The position numbers and the translations under genes were made by a program. Shown one piece after another: positions 8,898 to 17,031 of a stretch of DNA of 45,988 nucleotides. Each line of letters begins with the position of its first letter. Within the stretch, counting starts at the first letter, position 1. The stretch is taken from assembly GCA_937929895.1 (NCBI GenBank), contig CALFUO010000084.1, positions 1-45,988 on the forward strand, given 5' to 3'. Source of the stretch: an uncultured Aquimarina sp. Lineage in GTDB: Bacteria > Bacteroidota > Bacteroidia > Flavobacteriales > Flavobacteriaceae. The notes below the pieces were generated by a model, which ran no database searches, was not told where the DNA came from, and saw only the letters and a list, made by a program, of their open reading frames with translations.

Positions 8898-9110
8898 ATA
8901 AAAGGATCGTCAAACTAAATTAAAATCTCACCAATTTTCGAAGACTCAATATTTTAACTCAATTTAATATAAATCTTTTATAACTGACAGGACAAAACCA
9001 TTTTTTTTAAAACATATGTCTCTTACATATACTCCACATACAAGTTCGTATCAATTTTAAAATAATCTTGATAAATTGTTGTACTTTTAATTCAACCTAA
9101 TCAAGCTACT

Positions 9111-10310
9111 ATGTCCACTGCTTTTACGCCATTTTCTACTACAGAATTAATGCCGCAAGAAGAGAAACTAGAGATCGAACAAAAGAAAGGAGATCTTTAT
9201 ATCGGTATTCCTAAAGAAAGTCAACCCTCAGAAAATCGTGTTTGCTTGACACCAGATGCTGTTGGAGCTTTGGTTTCTAATGGCCATCGTGTTATTATCG
9301 AAGCTGGTGCAGGAGAATTAGCTAGCTATGATGACAAAGAATATTCGGAAGCTGGCGCCCAAATCACACACGACCAAAACAAAGTGTATGGTTGCCCAAT
9401 AATTCTTAAAGTACAGCCTCCTAATTTAGATGAATTAGAACTTATAAAACCTAAAACCGTTGTTATTTCTGCCATTCAGCTTAAAACCCTGAAAAGAGAT
9501 TACTTTAAGGCTATCGAAAAAAAGAAAATCACTGCATTAGCTTTTGAATTTATAAAAGACGAAAGCGGAGGATATCCAGCGGTTCGTTCGCTAAGTGAAA
9601 TTGCTGGTACGGCATCTATTTTAATTGCTTCGGAAATCATGTCGAACTGTAATGACGGAAGCGGTTTAATGATGGGAAATATTACTGGGGTTCCACCTGC
9701 CGAAGTCGTAGTTCTTGGTGCAGGAACCGTGGGGGAATTTGCTATTCGCTCTGCTTTAGGTCTTGGTGCTAATGTAAAGGTATTCGATAATTCGATCAAT
9801 AAATTAAGAACAATTCAATCCAATATTAGTCGACCAATTCACACGTCTACTATTCAACAAAAACACCTTTTAAAAGCTTTAAAAAGATGCGATGTCGTAA
9901 TCGGTGCTATTAGAGGAAAAGATCGTGCACCTATTATTGTAAGTGAAGACATGGTTTGTAAGATGAAGAAAGGCGCAGTGATTATCGATGTTAGTATTGA
10001 TATGGGAGGATGCTTTGAAACTTCAGAGGTTACCACACTTACAGACGCCACTTTTATAAAACATGGAGTCATCCATTATTGTGTTCCTAATATCCCTTCT
10101 AGGTATTCTAAAACTTCTTCCGTTTCTATAAGTAATATTTTTAGCCCATATTTGCTGCAAATTGGAGAATGCGGTGGTCTAGAACACGCTATTCGAAATG
10201 ACAAAGGCTTAAAAAATGGTATCTATTGCTACCACGGTGTAATCACCAACAAGTCTATTAGCGAATGGTTCGACATCAACTACATGGATATTAATTTATT
10301 GGTATTTTAA
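9111..10310 (+). CDS. ald: Alanine dehydrogenase
   Basis: Motifs IGIPKE..ENRV.LTP, VLGAGTVG, IDVSIDMGGCFETS and HYCVPNIP. Confidence 0.88.
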   Translation: MSTAFTPFSTTELMPQEEKLEIEQKKGDLYIGIPKESQPSENRVCLTPDAVGALVSNGHRVIIEAGAGELASYDDKEYSEAGAQITHDQNKVYGCPIILKVQPPNLDELELIKPKTVVISAIQLKTLKRDYFKAIEKKKITALAFEFIKDESGGYPAVRSLSEIAGTASILIASEIMSNCNDGSGLMMGNITGVPPAEVVVLGAGTVGEFAIRSALGLGANVKVFDNSINKLRTIQSNISRPIHTSTIQQKHLLKALKRCDVVIGAIRGKDRAPIIVSEDMVCKMKKGAVIIDVSIDMGGCFETSEVTTLTDATFIKHGVIHYCVPNIPSRYSKTSSVSISNIFSPYLLQIGECGGLEHAIRNDKGLKNGIYCYHGVITNKSISEWFDINYMDINLLVF

Positions 10311-10685
10311 ATGACATTATTACAACGTTTAGGGTTTTTCGGGTCTGGACTTTTCTTAGGAATTATTGTTCTTATCGTATTTTTAGCAGGAAAAAAGACT
10401 TCTTGTGACTATGGGCCTAATGCTCGCGTGCTAAAAGATATCCGTACTAAAGAGCAACTAGTATCCGCTAAAGCAAAAACACAATTGAATTCACTTCGGT
10501 TAGATACCGGTGCTATTAATACGACTCTAAAAAAAGGAAAGGTGAATTTCTCTGAAAGTAACACAAAATTAGATAGCTGTAAAGTTTATGTGATCTATGG
10601 CAAAGAAGAATTGGTTTCTATTAAATTTACTTTCAAAAATTGCAACGAAAAAGCCACTTTACTGACCGTAGAAACTTCTAAATAA
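10311..10685 (+). CDS. Membrane-anchored conserved protein (DUF4258-like)
   Basis: N-terminal TM and a CDYGPNARVLK motif typical of flavobacterial proteins found beside ald. Confidence 0.65.
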   Translation: MTLLQRLGFFGSGLFLGIIVLIVFLAGKKTSCDYGPNARVLKDIRTKEQLVSAKAKTQLNSLRLDTGAINTTLKKGKVNFSESNTKLDSCKVYVIYGKEELVSIKFTFKNCNEKATLLTVETSK

Positions 10686-10697
10686 AAGAGGGAAGCT

Positions 10698-10705
10698 TAT
10701 CTTTG
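10698..10705 (+). promoter_or_regulatory. Bacteroidetes -7 promoter element (TATCTTTG) for aroB
   Basis: Exact TAnnTTTG match in the intergenic region upstream of aroB. Confidence 0.55.
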
Positions 10706-10740
10706 TACAAAATTATTTTATTAAAATTTAATTAATCGAC

Positions 10741-10802
10741 GATTGAGCAAAGTCGAAGTCTGTCAATCGTAATGTAAATCGTATTTCAACTACGCTCAAT
10801 AC
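10741..10802. repeat. Inverted pair of flavobacterial REP-like sequences
   Basis: ATTGAGCAAAGTCGAAGT and ATTTCAACTACGCTCAAT (reverse complement ATTGAGCGTAGTTGAAAT) resemble the TGAGCGnAGTCGAA repeat common in flavobacterial intergenic DNA. Confidence 0.6.
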
Positions 10803-10847
10803 TCGACTACCCTTAATATTCGATCAAAACTCTGAAAATAACATCTT

Positions 10848-11918
10848 ATGCAAGCCATAAAATCTAGAGATTCTATCGTTTACTTCGAACAGGAAGTATA
10901 CCAACAATTAAACGAATATCTAGCTACAGCAAAACATAGTAGCTACTTTATTTTAGTTGATACCAATACACACGATAATTGTTTGGCTCATTTTATGGGT
11001 CAAATTACAGCTGACGTTTCTTTCGAAGTTATCGAAATCGAAGCAGGAGAGATCAATAAAAACATCGAAACTTGTACTGGTGTTTGGAATGCACTTTCTG
11101 AATTAGGTGCAGATCGCAAGAGTTTATTAATTAACCTTGGTGGTGGTGTTGTTACTGATTTAGGAGGTTTCGTTGCTTGCACCTTTAAACGAGGAATTAA
11201 ATACATCAATGTACCTACCTCTTTATTAGCTATGGTAGATGCTTCTGTTGGTGGTAAGACTGGAGTTGATTTAGGTAGCCTAAAAAATATGGTAGGTGTA
11301 ATCAGTGAATCTGAAATGGTATTAGTAGATCCTAATTTTTTGGGCACACTTCCTTTTAATGAAATAAGAAGTGGGTTTGCAGAAATGCTAAAACATGGAT
11401 TAATTAAAGATAAAGATTACTGGGAACGCCTTTCTAAGATTGAAGATTTAACCACAGAAGATTTAAATGGTTTAATCCATGAATCTGTAGTCATCAAAAA
11501 CGAAATTGTACTTGTAGATCCTACAGAACAAAACATCCGTAAGTTTCTAAATTTTGGGCATACATTAGGTCATGCTATAGAATCTCATTTTTTAACAGAC
11601 GAAACTAAGACCACTTTACTGCACGGTGAAGCGATCGCAATTGGTATGATCACTGAAGCTTTCTTGGCTAAGGAATTATTAGGATTTTCAGAAGATCAAT
11701 TAAATAATATTTGTGATATTTTCTGCAAGATTTATCCTAAAATCGAAATTCCCAAAGAAGATTACCAACCTATTATAGACTTATTAATTTTTGATAAAAA
11801 GAATGTAGGTGGTAAAGTACTTTTTGTACTTTTAAATGAAATCGGAGATGCTAAATTCAATTGCGAAGTTCCCGAAGAATTACTAGTAGCTTCATTAGAT
11901 TTTTATAACTCACTTTAA
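10848..11918 (+). CDS. aroB: 3-dehydroquinate synthase
   Basis: Motifs LGGGVVTDLGGF, PTSLLAMVDASVGGKTG, LNFGHTLGHAIE and HGEAIAIG. Confidence 0.96.
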   Translation: MQAIKSRDSIVYFEQEVYQQLNEYLATAKHSSYFILVDTNTHDNCLAHFMGQITADVSFEVIEIEAGEINKNIETCTGVWNALSELGADRKSLLINLGGGVVTDLGGFVACTFKRGIKYINVPTSLLAMVDASVGGKTGVDLGSLKNMVGVISESEMVLVDPNFLGTLPFNEIRSGFAEMLKHGLIKDKDYWERLSKIEDLTTEDLNGLIHESVVIKNEIVLVDPTEQNIRKFLNFGHTLGHAIESHFLTDETKTTLLHGEAIAIGMITEAFLAKELLGFSEDQLNNICDIFCKIYPKIEIPKEDYQPIIDLLIFDKKNVGGKVLFVLLNEIGDAKFNCEVPEELLVASLDFYNSL

Positions 11919-12925
11919 TGACCCACTTTTTACAACATACGAAAGCACTTGTTTTACTAACAGGTGCTTTTTTATTTATTGGTATCTCTTCTTCTTGCCA
12001 AGAAAAAATAAATGGTATTAATCTAGTAGCCCCTCCAAATATTACTTCTGTTAAAGACCTTGCTACAGTTAAAAAAGTGTCTGCTGATTGGATCAGTCTT
12101 ATCCCTTACGCATTTATGAGACCGAATCACACATTTGTAAAGTTCGATGGAGGCCATCAATGGTGGGGAGAAACTTCTAAAGGCACAATTGCACTTGTAC
12201 GACAAGCCAAAACCTTAGGATTCAATGTAATGCTAAAACCACATATTTGGGTAGAAAGCCAAGGATGGGCAGGAGACTTTGTATTAAAGGAAGAAAATGA
12301 TTGGTTTGAATGGGAGAAAAATTATTCTAATTACATCCTTACCTATGCAAAAATAGCACAAAAATACCAAGTTCCTTTATTATGCATAGGCACAGAACTC
12401 CGACAAGTTGTTAAGACTAGACCTTTATTCTGGAAACAACTGATTAAAGATATTAAAGCGGTTTATTCGGGGAAATTGACTTATGCTGCGAATTGGGACA
12501 ACTATGAAAATGTCAGTTTTTGGGAGCAACTAGATTATATTGGTATCGATGGATATTTCCCACTTTCTGAAAATAAAATACAAACTTTAGAAGATCTCGA
12601 CAAAAAATGGCAACCTTGGCAAAAAAAATTAGAAGAACTCTCGAGTTGTTACACTAAAAAGATATTATTTACTGAATATGGGTATCAAAGCTGTACTTTT
12701 AACACTAAAACACCATGGGATAGTCCATCGAAAGAAGTTTCTGAAAAATGTCAGGATATAGCCTATAAATCCTTTTATAAGAATATCTGGAAAGAAGATT
12801 GGTGTCAAGGTGGTTTTCTATGGAAATGGCATTTAGTTACCCCTAACACCTCTAGAAAGAAGGCTGCATTTACTCCTCAAGGGAAATTAGTAATACAAAC
12901 CATAAAAAAAGCTTATCAAAAATGA
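11918..12925 (+). CDS. Glycoside hydrolase family 113-like TIM-barrel lipoprotein
   Basis: Motifs VMLKPHIW, IGTEL, TYAANWD, IGIDGYFPL and FTEYGY; lipobox-like SSSC. Confidence 0.78.
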   Translation: MTHFLQHTKALVLLTGAFLFIGISSSCQEKINGINLVAPPNITSVKDLATVKKVSADWISLIPYAFMRPNHTFVKFDGGHQWWGETSKGTIALVRQAKTLGFNVMLKPHIWVESQGWAGDFVLKEENDWFEWEKNYSNYILTYAKIAQKYQVPLLCIGTELRQVVKTRPLFWKQLIKDIKAVYSGKLTYAANWDNYENVSFWEQLDYIGIDGYFPLSENKIQTLEDLDKKWQPWQKKLEELSSCYTKKILFTEYGYQSCTFNTKTPWDSPSKEVSEKCQDIAYKSFYKNIWKEDWCQGGFLWKWHLVTPNTSRKKAAFTPQGKLVIQTIKKAYQK

Positions 12926-12936
12926 TAAGCTTTTTT
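12905..12936. terminator. Bidirectional intrinsic terminator
   Basis: A6-GCTTATCA-AAAA-TGATAAGC-T6 between convergent genes. Confidence 0.75.
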
Positions 12937-12967
12937 ATTTAGTATTTTATGATATTATTAGTCAAAA

Positions 12968-13771
12968 CTAATATTCCCACTCTCGTTTTTTATTTAACTC
13001 ACGCTCTGCCTCTAATTCTTTTTGTGGAATTACCTTTAAGAAAGAAGGGTGTTGCTCGATAGCAAATTCTAGTTTTTCTACAATACTATCGATACTTTCA
13101 TTTTCATAATCGATCTCTAAAGGCTCTTTTATGATAAATGATTGAAGAATCCCTCTTTTCTTAATACGAACCCCCTTTTTATCGAAAGAACGACGGAAAC
13201 CATCGATTACGATAGGTACAACGACAGGTTTATAATGCTTAATAATATGTGCTGTCCCTTTACGAATAGGAAAAAAAGGTTTAGTCGTCCCTTGCGGAAA
13301 AGTAATTACCCAACCATCGTCTAATGCTTTTGTAATATTGCTAATATCACTCATTTTCACTTGTCGTTTAATATCCTTCCCTCCCGCTCTCCAAGTACGC
13401 TCTACCGTAATAGCACCTGCATAAGCCAAAATTCTAGCCAATGGCCCTGCTTTCATTGTTTCTTTAGCAGCTATATAATACAGGTTCATTTTAGGTTGCC
13501 ATAGATATCCTACATTTTTAATAGAATCTACTCGCCCACTTAAACTCGCATTAAATACATGAAACATCGCTACAACATCAGCAAAATAGGTTTGGTGATT
13601 AGAAACAAACAAGACATTCTTTTCAGGTAACTGTGTAATTACTTCGCTACCTTCTATAATTAATTCGTTGAAGCCTCTATATCTTCTATGAGTCAGTGGT
13701 CCAATGATACGAATTAACCACTTTTTCAAAAATAAATATTGTCCAAACGGATTTTTCTTGAATAATCCCAT
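12968..13771 (-). CDS. Lysophospholipid (PlsC-family) acyltransferase
   Basis: NHQTYFAD (HX4D-type) and FPQGT motifs. Confidence 0.85.
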   Translation of the reverse strand: MGLFKKNPFGQYLFLKKWLIRIIGPLTHRRYRGFNELIIEGSEVITQLPEKNVLFVSNHQTYFADVVAMFHVFNASLSGRVDSIKNVGYLWQPKMNLYYIAAKETMKAGPLARILAYAGAITVERTWRAGGKDIKRQVKMSDISNITKALDDGWVITFPQGTTKPFFPIRKGTAHIIKHYKPVVVPIVIDGFRRSFDKKGVRIKKRGILQSFIIKEPLEIDYENESIDSIVEKLEFAIEQHPSFLKVIPQKELEAERELNKKREWEY

Positions 13772-13799
13772 TAATAAAGATCAATTATAATTGTCCATG

Positions 13800-13807
13800 C
13801 AAATATA
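13800..13807 (-). promoter_or_regulatory. -7 promoter element (TATATTTG) for the acyltransferase
   Basis: CAAATATA on the + strand, 29 nt upstream of the start. Confidence 0.55.
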
Positions 13808-13898
13808 GCGAGTCAAGTACCTTAGAACAAACAGAAGTACCCTTAAGCTAAAAAAAGTACTATGCACGCATTATAAACAACTACAAAAGAGCCTTATC

Positions 13899-14540
13899 TT
13901 ATGAAGATTCTATACTTAATTTTAGCATTAATTCTACCTCATGTAAAATCATAGCAGTAGCTCCCCATATACTTTTAGATCCAAAACGATAAGCAGCTAC
14001 ATTGACCTCTTCATTTCCCGAAGGGTTCACCATCAAGTCACATTTATTTTTCGGGTTTAAAAGGGTAGCTAGAGAAACTTCTAAAATCGCATCAACTTCC
14101 TCTTTTTGTAACACAAAATTCAAAGGTCTATTTGCATAAGATAAAAAAGGGTAAACTCGAAAATCTGAAGGAGGTATATATAAACTGTGTAATTCTTTTA
14201 AAAAGGAAAGTTGTGATTTAGGGACTCCTATTTCCTCTTCCACTTCTCGAAAAGCAGTCTCTAAAAAAGAATAATCTTCTTTTTCTTCTTTACCCCCAGC
14301 AAAAGCAATCTGCCCAGAATGTGCACCATTGTACACAGGACGTTGAATAAAAGCCATATAAGCATCATCTTTTTTAGGGTAAATAATAGGCATCACAGCC
14401 GCATTACGAGTTGTTGATTTTCGATAATCTTCCGAAAAAGTACCACGGAATTCCGGCGCCATAGGACAGTGTACTTCTTCTCGGGACAATTCTATTTTTT
14501 CTATTTTTGGTATAACTTTTAAAAATGTTTCAAACTTCAT
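13899..14540 (-). CDS. Nudix hydrolase, CoA pyrophosphatase family
   Basis: Nudix box HSGQIAFAGGKEEKEDYSFLETAFREVEEEIG and IWGATA. Confidence 0.88.
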   Translation of the reverse strand: MKFETFLKVIPKIEKIELSREEVHCPMAPEFRGTFSEDYRKSTTRNAAVMPIIYPKKDDAYMAFIQRPVYNGAHSGQIAFAGGKEEKEDYSFLETAFREVEEEIGVPKSQLSFLKELHSLYIPPSDFRVYPFLSYANRPLNFVLQKEEVDAILEVSLATLLNPKNKCDLMVNPSGNEEVNVAAYRFGSKSIWGATAMILHEVELMLKLSIESS

Positions 14541-14542
14541 AT

Positions 14543-15229
14543 ATGGCTTTTCGATTTGCCTTATTCGGCTTTCTATTATTTATACTTTCTAATTGTCAAG
14601 ATAAAAAAACTACTCCACAAGTGCCTATCGAGACCTCTAAAACTAGTATTAAAGAAGGTTTTAAGCAAAAAATAACAGAACGTATAACCCATAAAAACGT
14701 TGTTAAAAAACTTACAGAGTACGGTAAATATAATCCTGAAAATAGAGTACTTCTTGAAACCGATTTTGGTAATATTGAAATTGAACTATATAATGAAACT
14801 CCTTTACATCGTGCTAATTTTATTCAAATTGTTAAACGTGGGTTTCTAAGCACAACTTTATTTTACAGAGTTGCTAAAAACTTTGTAATACAGGGTGGAA
14901 ATAGTGATGGCTGGGAAATGAGTCGAAAGAAAAGACAAATAGGTGACTACCAAATCCCTGCTGAGTTTAACTCTAAATTTAAACATGACTATGGGCAAGT
15001 TGCTATGGCTCGTTTATGGGGAGAAGCAAATCCTGAAAAAAAATCGAGTCCTTGGGAATTTTATATCGTAGTTGATACAAAAGGGGCACACCATTTAAAC
15101 GGAGAACATACGATTATAGGGAGAGTGACTAAGGGAATGGATGTTGCTAAGAAAATTAGTTTGGTCGAAGTCGATAAAAGTGAATGGCCTAGAAAAGATA
15201 TTCCTATAAAAGCTTCTATTATTAAATAG
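14543..15229 (+). CDS. Cyclophilin-type peptidyl-prolyl cis-trans isomerase, lipoprotein
   Basis: Motifs TDFGNIEIELYNETPLHRANF, FYRVAKNFVIQGG and HLNGEHTIIGRV. Start moved to ATG 14543 to avoid overlap and give the signal peptide ending LSNC. Confidence 0.85.
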   Translation: MAFRFALFGFLLFILSNCQDKKTTPQVPIETSKTSIKEGFKQKITERITHKNVVKKLTEYGKYNPENRVLLETDFGNIEIELYNETPLHRANFIQIVKRGFLSTTLFYRVAKNFVIQGGNSDGWEMSRKKRQIGDYQIPAEFNSKFKHDYGQVAMARLWGEANPEKKSSPWEFYIVVDTKGAHHLNGEHTIIGRVTKGMDVAKKISLVEVDKSEWPRKDIPIKASIIK

Positions 15230-17015
15230 ATATACTTATTATTTCGTCGTATTCTTCTAAGTTAAATTGAAGTGTAAAATTAAAGATAGTTCCCTCTCCT
15301 AAAGTTGAATCTATCCAAATATCACCTTGATGAAGGTCTACGATTTTCTTACAATGCGCCAGTCCAATACCTGTTCCTTCGTACTCATCTCTAGTATGTA
15401 AACGCTGGAATATTTCAAATATCTTAGACTTATGCTCCTCTGCAATACCAATACCATTATCCTTTACTGAAAATTGCCAAACTTCGCTAAAAGTTTCATT
15501 TGCATCCTTTTTGAAACCTTCTATACAAATTTCAGGGTTTACTTCTGGCTTTTTAAACTTTATAGCATTGGAAATTAAGTTTTGAAATAACATTCTTAAT
15601 TCCGTAGGATAACCATATATAAAATCAGGAAAGCCGCCTATAACAACTTCTGTTGTTGTAGATGTTATTTTTGCACTAAAATCCTTTATCACATTACTTA
15701 ATAATGCTTTCGGGTTTATCTGATGTAATTGTCTTTTATTTCCTATTCTAGAATAATCTAATAATGAGCTAATCAATTGACTCATTCGACTACAACCTTC
15801 CTTAATATAAATAAGATTCTCTTTTGCATCATCGTCTAACTTATCATAGTAATCTTCGTACATAAAATCTGAAAAGCTAGTAATCGTATGTAACGGTTCT
15901 TGTAAATCGTGACTTGCAATGTATGCAAAAGACTCGAACTCTTTGTTCTGACGTTTTAGGGTTCTTGAATCTCGAGCAATCTGTATATTCTTTTCTTTTA
16001 AACGGTTTACTAATTTTCGTCTACTATTATTAGTATAAATAATGTAGACAATAATAAAGATAAATAGAATTACCAATCCCGTTAGTAATAAATTGACGTT
16101 CCTTTGGTTTACCAACTGGATTTGTTGGTCATTAAGGATTTTCTTCTGAGCCTCGATCATAATTTTCTGATTCTTCAGAAACTTAGATTGCATCTCTATC
16201 TCGTCTCTATTGGCTACTAATTCCGCTTTATTTTTCTTTAATAAACCCTTTTGATCTTTTAAATCTTCTTCTAACAATTGAACGTCTTGTAATTTCTGTT
16301 CGTATTGTTTTGCTCTTGTAACTGCTTTCTTTTTTAATGTTTTTAGGTTTCTTTCCTTTTTAAAAAGTATTTCATTCTTTTTATCAATTACCTTTTCTAA
16401 GGTTTGTTTTTGCTTTGCAAGGTGATTTTTTTGAGTTTCTAAAATCTCTTTCTGTCGATCACGAACCATTTGCTTTAACTCAAAAAAGTCTTTTAATTTC
16501 TGAGAAGACTCGATGCTTGTCTCTAATAAATGTGTCGATGGTGAAAAGTCATAAGCCTTAAGGTTATCTATATTTAGGGTAATGATAAATGAATTATCAT
16601 ATGATGTTAGCCCAATCATAGTTTCTACAAAAGGATAACCTTCTGATATTACTAATGTTGGCTCATAATTAATACTATTTGTAAATCTATGTAAATCAGA
16701 AGAAAACGAGGCTTTGTTTAAATAAACTAAATCATAAGAATAAGCGTCACTAATAAGGCTTAATTCTTCTACCACAACTTTACGAGCTTTTATAGGACGG
16801 TTCTTAGACATATCCTCTAACGCCTTTCTAGTCAAAGGTTCTCCTATTACCCCTATATCAAAAGTTCGTTTAGATTTTTTGAATCCTTGAACTTGTTCGG
16901 CAATACTGAATATAAGATTTCCTCGCTTATAAGCAGCAATCTTATCTTCTTCTGACTGCCCAAAAGCAACAGTACAACAAAAAAAAAGAAGAAAAAACTT
17001 TATTACTCTAACCAA
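15222..17015 (-). CDS. Sensor histidine kinase with periplasmic YfiR/HmsC (DUF4154)-like domain and long coiled coil
   Basis: Signal peptide; FDIGVIG, YDLVYL and PTLVISEG YfiR-like pattern; Q/K/E-rich coiled coil; one TM; HisKA FAYIASHDLQEPL; HATPase LFQNLISNAIKF, DNGIGI and GTGIGL. Confidence 0.85.
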   Translation of the reverse strand: MVRVIKFFLLFFCCTVAFGQSEEDKIAAYKRGNLIFSIAEQVQGFKKSKRTFDIGVIGEPLTRKALEDMSKNRPIKARKVVVEELSLISDAYSYDLVYLNKASFSSDLHRFTNSINYEPTLVISEGYPFVETMIGLTSYDNSFIITLNIDNLKAYDFSPSTHLLETSIESSQKLKDFFELKQMVRDRQKEILETQKNHLAKQKQTLEKVIDKKNEILFKKERNLKTLKKKAVTRAKQYEQKLQDVQLLEEDLKDQKGLLKKNKAELVANRDEIEMQSKFLKNQKIMIEAQKKILNDQQIQLVNQRNVNLLLTGLVILFIFIIVYIIYTNNSRRKLVNRLKEKNIQIARDSRTLKRQNKEFESFAYIASHDLQEPLHTITSFSDFMYEDYYDKLDDDAKENLIYIKEGCSRMSQLISSLLDYSRIGNKRQLHQINPKALLSNVIKDFSAKITSTTTEVVIGGFPDFIYGYPTELRMLFQNLISNAIKFKKPEVNPEICIEGFKKDANETFSEVWQFSVKDNGIGIAEEHKSKIFEIFQRLHTRDEYEGTGIGLAHCKKIVDLHQGDIWIDSTLGEGTIFNFTLQFNLEEYDEIISISI

Positions 17016-17031
17016 ACTTTGAAGTTTTATG

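Noticed and set aside
8648-8900. CRISPR-like array in the repeats upstream of the large gene
   Set aside because: There are only two degenerate copies plus a microsatellite, with no regular repeat-spacer series and no cas genes.
13815-13862. Three AAGTAC occurrences between the Nudix and acyltransferase genes
   Set aside because: They are too short and unevenly spaced to distinguish from chance.
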